DNA from: Seison nebaliae
Lineage: Eukaryota
Assembly (NCBI GenBank): GCA_023231475.1
Contig: JALJEE010002179.1
Location: 1-37,863 of the forward strand
Length of the DNA stretch: 37,863 nucleotides
Direction of reading: 5' to 3'
Position numbers and translations under genes: made by a program. Under the pieces are notes generated by a model. The model had not been told where the DNA came from, made no database searches, and saw only the letters and a program-made list of their open reading frames with translations. Of this stretch, positions 1 through 11,045 are shown piece after piece. Positions within the stretch are counted from its first letter, which is position 1. The number at the start of each line of letters is the position of its first letter.

Positions 1-947
1 CGCAACGGAGGATAGGGAGCAAATATCGATGGTTGAACCGAGGAAGATGGTGGAGGATTTATGTGGAATATTCGAGAAAGATCGTAAACCGGTTGATAGT
101 AGACAACATTTTGACGGGTTAATAGATACACCTCTTTCTGTAACATACAAATACACGTTAACATACACCTCTATAATTTCTTGACAACCAATCGAAAGTA
201 ATTAACTAGAAGTTGAACTGATATGAGACGAAAGTAGGACCCAGAAATAGGTTGGATGTTGTCATAATTAGAGTGGAATGGAGGTGAGGTTAATGGATGG
301 ATGGATTGGAACGGAAGATATGTAAATAGAAATAAAATATGTACAGTTAGAAAAGAATAATTTAACGATAAAATTCAATTTGTGCGAATTAGTTTATTCG
401 TTAATTGGTGGACCTAGTTTGTGGGTAGTGGTTGCTAAGTAGTAAGAATGTGTGGTGATAGTTTAGGAAACACCTCATGTGAGTAGTGCTGGAACTTGGT
501 AAGTCTTCTACAATGTATTGATAGTATTAATGATGTGTTTATGGTTTTCATTATAGTATCAGTTGCACAGATGGTGATGGTTGAGTGATATTTTTGGTTG
601 GTTCAGTGGTGAAGTCCATTAATAAGTGATTGATAGCCATTGAACTCTAACACCATGAAGGATAGATAACCGAAAGCGATGGTACCTAAAGAAAATGGTA
701 TATGTCTTTTTAGTATTTTTTAGGTATGTAGGGATATTTTTTCTAATTTTAGCATCAAATCCCCTCGGGCTAAAATAAAAAGAAAATAAGATAACCCACT
801 GTAAAGATTATTGCCATAAAAAATATTATTTAATAATATTCGCAGGTTAATTAATACGAACAGTAATCTATAAAAATCAATAATGTTCATAGAATCAAGT
901 ATTTTCGAAATATTCTTTCATTTCAATTTTTCAATTCGTTTACCATT

Positions 948-1433
948 ATGTTTAATTATCATTTCATTATATTATCCATGGTTTTAATGATCTTACAATA
1001 TTATAACCTGTTAGTAGTAATGGAAACGCGTTCATTAAATAGTGAGGTTCCGAAAGAAAAACAGAAGATCGTGAGAGCAAAGAAGGAAATTAGAAATCTT
1101 ATAAATCAATATTTAAGCTTAATGGTACCTAACACTGCTACCACGTCAAATGACTTGGAATCAGTTGACATCGACGATAACGATAACCATTTAAATATGA
1201 CTGAAGGTATTGCGAAGTTTTCGAAAATATATTCACTCAAAGAACAACATAATTCTGTAAAATCTTCTGAACCTAAACCTGATAATGTAATGTCGCAACT
1301 AGAATCGGTAACACATAAATATGTTAGAAAAGATAAATCCCATTTCAGTTCTAACTCTTATCGATGTCGACAAAACTTTTATTTTATTATTTGGATAACT
1401 TTTGCTATCTTATTGAATGAAGTTTGTAATTAA
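948..1433 (+). CDS. Hypothetical protein with a C-terminal hydrophobic segment (possibly tail-anchored); start may be the later ATG near 1020
   Basis: 161-aa ORF with coding-like composition; ends NFYFIIWITFAILLNEVCN; no family recognised. Confidence 0.45.
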   Translation: MFNYHFIILSMVLMILQYYNLLVVMETRSLNSEVPKEKQKIVRAKKEIRNLINQYLSLMVPNTATTSNDLESVDIDDNDNHLNMTEGIAKFSKIYSLKEQHNSVKSSEPKPDNVMSQLESVTHKYVRKDKSHFSSNSYRCRQNFYFIIWITFAILLNEVCN

Positions 1434-1485
1434 ATAATTACCTTCACATCGGCAAATTTGGGAAAGTAGGGCAAAGTTTCCTTCT

Positions 1486-1549
1486 CAGGGATGTCAAATT
1501 GGGAGGAAATGACCAAATATTTTCCCCAAATTACTCCCAATTTAACATC
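1486..1549. mobile_element. Short inverted-repeat remnant, possibly a hAT-type MITE fragment
   Basis: GATGTCAAATTGGGAG (1490-1505) is the reverse complement of CTCCCAATTTAACATC (1534-1549) with 1 mismatch; the left end reads CAGGGATGTCAAA, resembling hAT TIR starts. Confidence 0.4.
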
Positions 1550-1781
1550 TAAATATCATCACAAAAAGGGAACTTCCGCCGAAAGTTATGTATAAATCGT
1601 AGGCTTTAAATTGTAAAAGGAAATTATATTAATTCTCAATCATAATAAACATATGATGGAAATCGATAATTATTTTGCACCAATTGACAGTGAATATGTT
1701 CGATGTTAATTATAAGAAAAAAAAATTCCTTACGATAAATGAAATAACAATTTTCCCGGAAAAACTGAAGATATTGGGAAA

Positions 1782-2066
1782 ATGTCTTTCTTCACACTTT
1801 CCTCGTGTGGGTTGCCAATTTCTGAATTATTATGTAAATGCATGACAGAATCTCTCGAAAATTTAGAACAGTCATTCGTGGTTAGATGTGTCAGGAATTT
1901 AGATCAGCCGATAGAAAATATGCCGTTGAAAGTGCTGCTTAATCTATTTGTCAATAATGAGAATCTTTCGGTCGAAATCGCACCGGAAATTGCAATTCTA
2001 CAAAATAATGTGTTATTACTTAATCTTAATATTTACCATCAATTTTTACCATGGCAGGAAATTTAA
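1782..2066 (+). CDS. Hypothetical protein (possibly one exon of a larger gene)
   Basis: 94-aa ORF only; no motif recognised. Confidence 0.3.
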   Translation: MSFFTLSSCGLPISELLCKCMTESLENLEQSFVVRCVRNLDQPIENMPLKVLLNLFVNNENLSVEIAPEIAILQNNVLLLNLNIYHQFLPWQEI

Positions 2067-2676
2067 AATATTTCTATAATCTTCGTAATTTTTGGCAAAA
2101 AAGTTAAAAATAAAACGAATTAGATTATTCCGATCTACTTCATTTCTTAGAAAAACATAAGACAATGTTTGCGAAAACGTATATTTGTGAAGCCGCATTC
2201 TCACAGTAAATGTTAGTAATGAAATATGTAAAAAACAAATATCCAAAGAGATTAACATATGATCATTTACATATTCAGTTAAGAACAAAACTTGACGACG
2301 AACAAGGAACAAAATTTTTCGTTAAAATATTACCTGGTCTATCTAATGGTAGTGCATACTCTAAGATTCTCAACTAATGGGAAAATAACCTCACTAAATT
2401 TCCTGTATAATAATAATAAAATATATATAATACTAAATAATACAATATCACTGTAATTCGCATTATGTGAATTTAAAAACTGTCAACTAATTTCATAACA
2501 GAGGTTGTCTTATACTTGATATTAATAATATAAAAGTGTTTTAAATGTGGAAAATGGTGAAATGCAGATGGTATGATTAAACATAAATTGAGATAGACTG
2601 AGAGAGAATATATATTTGGAAGTTAAGCTTTTAAAAGAGTTGGAGGTAATTCGAAAATCATATTGGACAAGCGAAT

Positions 2677-4483
2677 ATGATGAATGAAATAATTTGTTAT
2701 TGTGAGAAGCGTGGTTCATTCCGTCCTCCGTTAGAATGGACAAAATTATGTAAAGAATGGATTCTGGTTAGTTAGTTGACCATTTTCATTACCAAATTTC
2801 TTTAGAAAGAAAAAAGCGAAGATGAAGAATTATCAGAAGTAGATATTCACAAAAGAATTTACACCCAATTTCTTCATTCTGATTTCCGTCGAATATCCAG
2901 GAAATTTGGATATGGATGGAATTCGTTTGCGAATACTTTTGCAAAAGAAGTGAACGGAACATTTCATGCGGAAACGGAGAAACAAAATTATGATATAGAT
3001 TTAGAGAGACCACTTCTTCTTCAATTAGACTTTGTGATGCAATTGAAAAAATCGAGATATGAATTGTGGACAGATGAAGAGTTTGATGAGGAAGAGAATG
3101 AAGAAGATCAAATTTCATCAATTTTCCATCTGGATCATGAGAAGAAAGAAAATCGGCAAATAACAAACACTGATAAATTTACTTCGTTCCATCTACGAAT
3201 GACAGATGGAGTGAATATCATAGAAGGAACAAATCGAACGATATTGAAAAATGTTGAATTATATTTACCTGGAATGAAAGTTCAAATTTTTAGATTAATT
3301 AATTTTCAATTTTTCCTTTTCCAAACAGTTCCGTCTTTCGGGAAAGATTAATGTGTCTCTCGGAGTTCTCTTATTAGATGAGAAATGTGAAATTGATATT
3401 TTAGGAGGATTCGTTCCCGAATTACTTGATGATGAATCATCGAAAAAATTTTTATCCGATTCTCTCAATATCTCTCGCCCGAACAATAAATTTAAATTAG
3501 AAGATGAAAAAATTGAGAATTTATTAAAAGAAGAGAAATTTAATGAAGAAATATCGAAGAAAGAAATTGAAGAAAGTGAAGATGATTTTTCGTTTTTAGA
3601 TGATGAAGCAATTGAGGAATGTAACGAATCGGAAGATGTTGATATGAACGAAACGAATTATGTTCCTGTCGATGAACAATCGTTCCATCCCCTCGGTATT
3701 ACCATCAGAAGTAATGAAACTATATCGAGTGATGGTTCTCTCGAAATTGATGAAAGTTTCATAAATGATAAAACGTTCGATGAGAAAGTGAATTTAGGAG
3801 AAATCACTCAATATTATACAAGTGATCTTGATAGTTCAGTTGGAAAAGAATTGAAGAAAAGACTCTCATCAAGTTCAAATGAATCGAAAGAAATTGGGAC
3901 GACTTTGGCCAAAGAAGAAAAATTGAAAAATTTATTAAAAATTCGTCCAATCTCGAACTATTTCAATAAAGTATTTCAATCCAAATCACAACTCTTCTTT
4001 TATGCCATTCATCGATGGATCAATAATTATGAGAAAGAAAATTTTTATGAAAATGAAACACGAATATATTTCCGTTCAGTTATCAGTAACGTATCACGAG
4101 AAAATGATCAACTTAAACTTCGAGTTCTTTCTCATGACGGATTATTAATCGTACAAAGTGAATTGGCATCGGAATTAATTGAACATTTCATGGAAAGATC
4201 GACGAATCAATTGTTGATGCAATCTCCCGATTCCATCAAATCAACTTTTCTTAAAATGAAAAATAAATTAATCAATTTCAATGGAATTGTCAAATATCGA
4301 TTCACATTAGACAGATCACCAATTAATCAATCGATCATGGATGAATTGAAGGATTTATTTTCAAACATCTCAAACACATCAATTGAACGAGAGGAAATTG
4401 AAAAGATTTCCAATTTCACCAGAAAACATTGTCTGGTACGATTAGTGAAAATTGTTGACGAGTTTTCTATTGAAAACAATTAA
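2677..4483 (+). CDS. RMI1: RecQ-mediated genome instability protein 1; exons 2677-2766, 2806-3279, 3329-4483 (~572 aa)
   Basis: N-terminal PPLEWTKLCKEWI and IYTQFLHSDFR; OB1 LRMTDGVNIIEG..LPGMK|FRLSGKINVSLGVLLL..ILGGFVPEL; C-terminal OB LRVLSHDG..ELIEHF..KLINFNGIVKYRF; two GT-AG introns (39 and 49 nt) give a continuous frame. Confidence 0.9.
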
Positions 4484-5018
4484 TTTTCAATTCATATTCT
4501 AAGAACAGTTTTTACATTATTTTAAATAAATTTATAATAAAATTCTTTTATTTATACTGATAAGAAATCTATTTATAATAAGAAGTATTAAATGAAGAAA
4601 TGGACCTTGAAGAAATAATTAGAATAGAAATAATTCAAAATGACCTTTTCGAGTTAACACGACCTACATAACATTAGTCATCTAATAGTTACTGATTAAT
4701 CAAAATTATCATTACATTCTACGAACTGAGAAGTTTGATAGAAATGAGAATTTTCCATTTAGAATAATTTCTAATAAAAATGTGTTGAGGTTCGTAATTT
4801 GGTTTCGGTAGAAAACATTATGAAATGTTCATGTCATGAAAGAACAATTTCTTCTGTAAATATTGGAAATTTTTATTCGTTGCTATGTGTACTACATAAC
4901 CTGACGATCGATTACCATGGTACTATAAGGAAACATATAAATATAAAGCAATTCTTCTCATTTAATCAATCGAATTTCTCTCCAATAAGTTTATTTAGAA
5001 ATTTATTATTTTACGAAA

Positions 5019-5297
5019 ATGTCAGAAAGTGTACTGGAATTAATCAAACGACTCGGCAAACAGTTTAATGCTGCTGATACTGACAATGATATGATGTTAT
5101 CCAAAAGCGAATTACAATCATCATTTGACAATATTCAAAATGTTTAATTTTTAAATATTCTCTTTAATACTAATCCTTCTGTCATTTATTAGGAAATTCC
5201 GGATTGCAATTTAAGTTTTGATGAAGTTTGGAGTAAATGCGATGTGAATGCGGATGGCGAAGTAAGTTTTGGTGAATTCGTTCGAGCTCTACAATAA
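5019..5297 (+). CDS. Small two-EF-hand calcium-binding protein (75 aa); exons 5019-5141, 5193-5297
   Basis: MSESVLELIKRLGKQFNAADTDNDMMLSKSELQSSFDNIQN|EIPDCNLSFDEVWSKCDVNADGEVSFGEFVRALQ; loops DTDNDMMLSKSE and DVNADGEVSFGE; 51-nt intron with TACTAAT branch-like site. Confidence 0.88.
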
Positions 5298-5564
5298 ACA
5301 CATTTAACGAACTAGAAATACTTTAGTTTCTTTAGAATATTTTTAGAAAATTTCCGAATTTTCAAACTAGTTTCAATAAAATAATTTTTTCTTATTTTAT
5401 TTAAAAGATAAATAAATTCAATCAAAGAAATAAATAAATAAAAGAAAGTTTTTAAAAGAAGAAAATTCCACAATATAACTAAGGAAATTAATTAATAAAT
5501 TAACCACAATGAAGGACAATAAAATGATTAATGACATAAAATCCGTTCTCATAATTTAATCCAA

Positions 5565-6206
5565 TTACAATATATGCACTTTCAAAAAAAAACTACCTCT
5601 CCAGTTGCATATGTTGAACCAAAATCCATAAGTTTGTTGTGGAGAGCACTGTGCAGGTTTATTTCGATCCTTTGTTATAAACTTCGTATTATTACTAAGA
5701 CCTTGTTTCCATCGTGGAAGAATTAGACTATAATCTTGTTGTTCGTTGGAAAATTTCGGCTGAAAGACACTATCCGAAGTCGTATGCAATATATAATCAA
5801 TACGAGAAATACCATGTTCAGATAATTTATACAAGTTCTCGTTACCCAAATAAAAATTATATTCGTCTATGATAAATCCACATTTGAATTCTTGCCATGT
5901 TCTTCCGAAAAAGAATGAATCATCTTTAAACCTACTAAAATGAATTAGCTTCTCATATGTATAGGTTGACATGTCAATTTTTTGACATGGCGCTACTTTC
6001 TTCCTAATAATTAAACTGTCATCATTGTCATGAGAAAGTAGTTTTCTTTGATTGATTCCAAAACATTTGTCATCTAATCCACATTCGGATGCAAGTATAA
6101 CATCCAATTTCTTGTTAGAAGATTCATACGATTTCCTTTCGAATATTTCGTTACCAGCTATGTAAATAATCGAAATGATCATCATAGAGAATGAAAGTGG
6201 AACCAT
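5565..6206 (-). CDS. Secreted protein with a divergent, shortened fibrinogen C-terminal-like (FReD) domain, copy 1
   Basis: Signal-peptide-like N-terminus; FFGRTWQEFKCGF..FYLGNENLYKLS, FITKDRN, C..YGFWFNIC match the FReD motifs F.R.W.EYK.GF / FWLGN / FST.D.D / GWWY..C. Confidence 0.8.
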   Translation of the reverse strand: MVPLSFSMMIISIIYIAGNEIFERKSYESSNKKLDVILASECGLDDKCFGINQRKLLSHDNDDSLIIRKKVAPCQKIDMSTYTYEKLIHFSRFKDDSFFFGRTWQEFKCGFIIDEYNFYLGNENLYKLSEHGISRIDYILHTTSDSVFQPKFSNEQQDYSLILPRWKQGLSNNTKFITKDRNKPAQCSPQQTYGFWFNICNWRGSFFLKVHIL

Positions 6207-6462
6207 AGTAAAATTTATGAAGATTTATGAAAAATTAAACGGTCTAAATTATAGAACGGTTAAAATGAATATATCTTAAGAAATATCGATTTTTTGAAAC
6301 GTTTTGTTTTCAACAATATAAAGACGAATGCAAATATCTTGTATTGATCTGTTGAATATAATCTCATTCAGAACTTTCTCATTTACAAGTGATTTGCTTT
6401 TTGCACTATAATTAGCACTATTTATCAAATAATATATTATTCAAAATATCAATAAACAACTA

Positions 6463-6480
6463 CCCTACCCTACCCTTCCC
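6463..6480 (-). other. Canonical G-quadruplex-forming motif GGGAAGGGTAGGGTAGGG
   Basis: Plus strand reads ccctaccctacccttccc; four G3 runs with 2-nt loops on the minus strand. Confidence 0.6.
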
Positions 6481-6937
6481 TAAATTTCCTAAAACATAAT
6501 TTTCGCATAATTTTAAAACTAGAAGTTTTGATAAACCAAACTATATATCAGATGACATTTTTTCTAAACGTTAATCCATATTATATATCAGTAGGTATTA
6601 TTATTAATAAATGAAAATTATTATCCTCTGGATTTTTAGTGATGTTTTAAAAAAATGCTGATGAACAAACGAATTTAGAAACATGAATGATTATAGTCAA
6701 ACAACAACAATGAATCAAACGACCAAAATGAAAATTATCCGTTTCGTTTTGGAAATTTCCATCCTAAATTTTCTATGTCGATTCTTTCAATTTATTATTA
6801 TATAAAAAAACGTATGTCAATGTTCCAATTGAATTTGAATGTCGAAGGATCGATTCTCGAGAAAAAATTAAATGTAGAATATGTTAATCTTAAACAGCAA
6901 CAATACTATAAACGGATTATAAAAAATGAGGAAATAA

Positions 6938-7600
6938 TCATCTTATAATTGTGAGACTTATGAAATTAGTTGGATTACAAATCTTGAACCAAAACCCGTA
7001 TCCTCCATTAGGCAAGCATTCTTTGTATTTGTTGTCATATTTCGTCATGAACTTTGTATTATTAAAGGTCATTCGATTATCATCCTCAAAGTCATTCCAT
7101 CCGTAATTATCCATAATAATTAGTTGATAATTTTCTCTTTCACTCAAAATTTTTGGTTTACCCATTTGAAACATGTTACCATTGTACATGACATTCATTT
7201 GACTTATATAATTATTCGAATAGTCGTGCAATAATTCGTTGCCCAAATAATAATTTTGTGAATCCAAATAGAAACCACATTTAAAATCCAACCAACTCTT
7301 CCCGAAAAACACAGTATAATTGTCAAATTTTCCAAAATTTATAAGGTTATATGATTTAAATTGAGAGATATTCCGATAATTACAACCATTTCGTCTTCTT
7401 TCCAAAACTAATTCTTCATCATTTATATCGGAAAGAATTTTTTTAGCATTCAAACCGACGCAGTTATTACTTGACGCGCATTGGGATGCATGAATCACAT
7501 CCAATTTTTTATCATAATTCTTAAATGATGTTCGTTGAAAACGTTCATTACCACATAACGCCGATTCCAAAACGATAAGGAAATATAAAAGTAGTGTCAT
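6938..7600 (-). CDS. Secreted protein with a divergent FReD domain, copy 2
   Basis: Signal peptide; aligns end to end with copy 1 (KKLDVI.AS.C, FFGKSWLDFKCGF, YYLGNELLH, NNTKFMTK, YGFWFKIC). Confidence 0.8.
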   Translation of the reverse strand: MTLLLYFLIVLESALCGNERFQRTSFKNYDKKLDVIHASQCASSNNCVGLNAKKILSDINDEELVLERRRNGCNYRNISQFKSYNLINFGKFDNYTVFFGKSWLDFKCGFYLDSQNYYLGNELLHDYSNNYISQMNVMYNGNMFQMGKPKILSERENYQLIIMDNYGWNDFEDDNRMTFNNTKFMTKYDNKYKECLPNGGYGFWFKICNPTNFISLTIIR

Positions 7601-8017
7601 TATTACCTTTTTCTTTTATAATGAAAAATTAGATTTAATGTAATTACAATGTAGGAAATTCACGACTAAATTCATTTGACGATAAATCTTTCCTAATGAA
7701 AACTTTCAAGAAAACTTCATCTATTGATGTTAAATAGTTAAACAAATAAGATTTATTAATAACTTATTCCCTTTCTTTTAATTTTTATTGATAATACTAA
7801 CTTATTCTAGACAAATAAGTTTTTATTTGATATTTTAATGAATATAATTCAATGTATATTGATAATTTGCAAATAACTGGTATACAAAGTGCTTTAGAGT
7901 GAGATTGGGAAAAAAGTAGAAAACTCTAAATTTGTTAAATTGTACAGGAGAAAAAGACTGAAAATCATAATTATATCAAAATTTTAAATGCTTAACTGAT
8001 ATTCATGCTTCATTCCG

Positions 8018-8581
8018 TTAATTTAAACCCATCCAACCCCGCCACATATTTACCCTGAAATAAAAGTTAAACATCGGATAGCACAATTGAAACCAGAATC
8101 CATAATTTTCCTTCAATGAGCAATTTAACGGTTTATTTCGGTTCTTTGTCATAAACCTCGTATAATTAACCACAATTTTATTTTAGTTTTGGTTTCCTAG
8201 AATGAGTTTATAATCATCTTGTTCGTTCCCAAATTTCGGAAGGTGAAAAGTTATATATGTATTATTAATAATGCTTTCAATGTCACGAATACGTTCTTTA
8301 GATAATTTATGCAAGTTCTCGTTACCCAAATAATAATTATATTGGTCTATTTAAAATCCATATTTGAATTCTTCCCATATTTTACCAAAAAATAATGAAG
8401 AATGGTTAAACTTTGCAAAAGAAATACTGAATCCTGTTATAAAGTTTGACATTTTCATATTTTGACATGTCGATACTTTCTTCCTAAAAATTAAACTGTC
8501 ATCATTGTCATGAGAAAGGAGTTTTTTTTGATTGATACCAATACATTTGTCATAATACATTTCAATATGTTTTCTTTGCAT
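8018..8581 (-). pseudogene. FReD paralog copy 3, pseudogene
   Basis: Close to copy 1 (DKC.GINQ.KLLSHDNDDSLI.RKKV, YLGNENL.KLS, YGFWF..C); in-frame TAA at 8351-8353 and 8183-8185; signal peptide missing. Confidence 0.8.
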
Positions 8582-8855
8582 TAGTTAATATAACGATTGT
8601 AAATATCTCTTATTGATACGATGAATAAAATCTCATTAAGAACTTCCTGTTTTAGAACCTTTCTCACGATAGTTTCCAATTAGATATTAGATTATTCTTA
8701 ATATCAACAAAAATTCTACAAACTTTCCAAATTTTCCAAAAAAATCAGAATAGTCACATCGATCAAAACAGAAAAATTGTTAGATTGTTAATTTCACTAA
8801 TAGTGAATCACTATAATTACTTCTGACGATAATCTTAAAATTAAATTAATTAAAT

Positions 8856-9230
8856 TACAAAGAAATAGGACTTATCTTACTCGAGTAATAATTTATACAT
8901 TAAGGTTTTTTTCCTTATATAAAGTAATAGGATTTATCTTACTGGGACAAAATTTCCATAAATTTTTATAACTTCTGGATAATGGAATCATTCTTTCTCT
9001 GGACATGATCTTTCCGGATTCTTTTATTCTACAATTTATAATTGTTTGTCCTGTCAACATAAGATAACTCCTATCACATTTTATAGAGAAAATGTCCTGT
9101 AGGTATATATATTATAATGTCTATTTTGTCCTAGTAAAAGATTGTATCATTGTACATTGTATCGGGAAAAGGTCATCTGGATAAAAATTACGAAACTCGA
9201 AACGAGTAAGATTAGTCCAATTTCTTTATA
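8856..9230. mobile_element. MITE-like non-autonomous element (~375 bp)
   Basis: Left TACAAAGAAATAGGACTTATCTTACTCG versus reverse complement of right end TATAAAGAAATTGGACTAATCTTACTCG (25/28 identical); TA at both ends; internal repeat AGGATTTATCTTACTGGGACAAAA with inverted TTTTGTCCTAGTAA. Confidence 0.75.
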
Positions 9231-9511
9231 GAGATAAAATGTAAGTTAAGAAGAGAAAAAAATATCAATTTTTGGTAGAAAAGAGAAAGTTCGGATACTA
9301 TCACGATATATCTAACAGATTGTAAAGTAGATATAAACAGTCCATCAATTTTAAATATGTTTAGGTAATAGATTTAATCTAAGATTGAATGGAATACTAA
9401 AAAATCATAATTGTTTATTACTAAAATCAAGTTCTTTTGGATTATTATCGATTTGAATAAAGAATCAGTAAGACTGGTCAATTCTTTTATAATTTGACTT
9501 TTGCTTCTACG

Positions 9512-9697
9512 TTAAACAATGAGACCTCGGCGACATTTTGGACAGAAATGCACGTTCATTATACTTAGACATTTCCCACAGTAAAAGTGATGACATCTAA
9601 AAAATGTATAAATCGTCTGACCCATTTCGTTCAATGTGTCGCTCTCGCGTAAACAATAACTACAAATAATTGGTCGAGGTGATACAATGCGAGTCAT
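9512..9697 (-). CDS. C3HC4 RING finger (possibly the last exon of a larger gene; frame open upstream to 9823)
   Basis: CSYC-x19-CHHFYCGKC-x8-CPKC. Confidence 0.75.
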   Translation of the reverse strand: MTRIVSPRPIICSYCLRESDTLNEMGQTIYTFFRCHHFYCGKCLSIMNVHFCPKCRRGLIV

Positions 9698-9863
9698 ATG
9701 AGTACCTATTCTATATAATTGATAAACATTACATAAATTCTTGATTTGTTCTTGATTAAACCATAAGAAATAACTGATCGTAATAAATACTTCTAAATTA
9801 AAATTTTTATAAATGAATTTTTGCTATTTCAAAAAAGGTCAATCATGTTCAAAATAAATAAAC

Positions 9864-10241
9864 TTAATAAAATTGAATAAAAATGTGATAATAATAAAAA
9901 TGATCTAACTCAACTTTCTTGTTCGGAGATGGCATCGATGAACTAACAGATGCCATATCATCAATTTCGTTCGTTGAAGTATTTTTCAATTTTCTATTTG
10001 GACTTTTCTTTTCTTCCACATTCTCTCGCACTTTCTTCTCATCAGAACTGTTATTGTTCTTATTCTCATTTGGAACATTAATTACTTCTTCTTTACACTG
10101 TGCGTCTCCCAATTGTGGTTCACAATGAATTAATAACTTTTTTGGCTTTCTCTGAAATTTCTCCACTAAATATAGGACACCATATCGATAGAGGACATAA
10201 GTGACTACTATTGTCAGGAATAGTATACGAACAAAGTCCAT
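9864..10241 (-). CDS. N-terminally membrane-anchored protein with a charged low-complexity region (ATG 10241)
   Basis: MDFVRILFLTIVVTYVLYRYGVLYL followed by a K/E/N/S-rich segment; the 3' end of the ORF looks intronic. Confidence 0.55.
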   Translation of the reverse strand: MDFVRILFLTIVVTYVLYRYGVLYLVEKFQRKPKKLLIHCEPQLGDAQCKEEVINVPNENKNNNSSDEKKVRENVEEKKSPNRKLKNTSTNEIDDMASVSSSMPSPNKKVELDHFYYYHIFIQFY

Positions 10242-10667
10242 CGGTAATAATTCACGAAATAGGGAGTAGCATTTCTTCCTGCTTTTATACTTTTCAGAAT
10301 AAGAAGAAATTTCAAACAAAGTTAGTTCAATTATTTGTTAAATGAAAACCATATTGAACAATCCCACTGATGACTCATAGTAACATCTTCTCAAAGTCAG
10401 GATGTTAAAGATATCGGAGAAAAATTTACCCATATTTCCTTCAAGATATTTTTAGTAACGATTATTCGATTCAATTCTAATAAGAGATAAAACTTACGTG
10501 TTAATGGAACTGTTTGGAGAAAGACGGTTGGGAAAAAAATGGAATAAATCCGTTTGGAGACGTTGGAATTTATGTTTGAGCTTAAAATTTAAATTGATGA
10601 TTTCTCTTATTCTGAAAGAGAAAAAGAAGAGATATATATGTTTTTTTTATAGTTTGTAGTCCAGCTA

Positions 10668-11045
10668 CTACGTAGTATTTGAGCTTGAATTAGCCTTATC
10701 TCTGTCTATGCTAATGTATTCAGTAAGGAAATATGAACATTTTCGTCTTTGTCCTCTTCGATTCTTCCTTCTTAATTGGATAGGAATATGTATCGATAAT
10801 AAACTAATAAGAAAAATGAAATTAATGGCAGTATGGAAATAATTAGAGTAATGATGTATTAATCCGATGAGATTTAAATGGAGAAACATTGATAAAAGAA
10901 TCAATGAATTGAAGATTTCCCTCCAGCTTGTAATTGTCGTCTCATGTTCAAGGTAAGTACCACGCTGAAAACGAATAGTATATTGTATATTATCATATTG
11001 TGTCAATGTTATTGTTATTAAAGAATTATTTTCGTTATGTTCCAT
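10668..11045 (-). CDS. Small hypothetical membrane protein with two hydrophobic segments
   Basis: 125-aa ORF; two hydrophobic stretches followed by basic RRKNRRGQRRK. Confidence 0.5.
   Translation of the reverse strand: MEHNENNSLITITLTQYDNIQYTIRFQRGTYLEHETTITSWREIFNSLILLSMFLHLNLIGLIHHYSNYFHTAINFIFLISLLSIHIPIQLRRKNRRGQRRKCSYFLTEYISIDRDKANSSSNTT

Noticed and set aside
217..240. CTGATATGAGACGAAA resembling a hammerhead ribozyme core
   Set aside because: Does not match CUGANGA and has no helix II or flanking helices
1..720. Strand-skewed, GC-richer segment with a Pro-rich minus-strand frame running off the left edge
   Set aside because: Too short and truncated to support a call; no recognisable domain
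3280..3353. Apparent two separate genes or a frameshift in RMI1
   Set aside because: Resolved by the 49-nt intron 3280-3328
8183..8353. Two in-frame TAA codons without a frameshift in FReD copy 3, suggesting stop-codon reassignment
   Set aside because: TAA ends RMI1, the EF-hand gene and FReD copy 1 at the expected places; copy 3 also lacks its signal peptide, so a pseudogene is simpler
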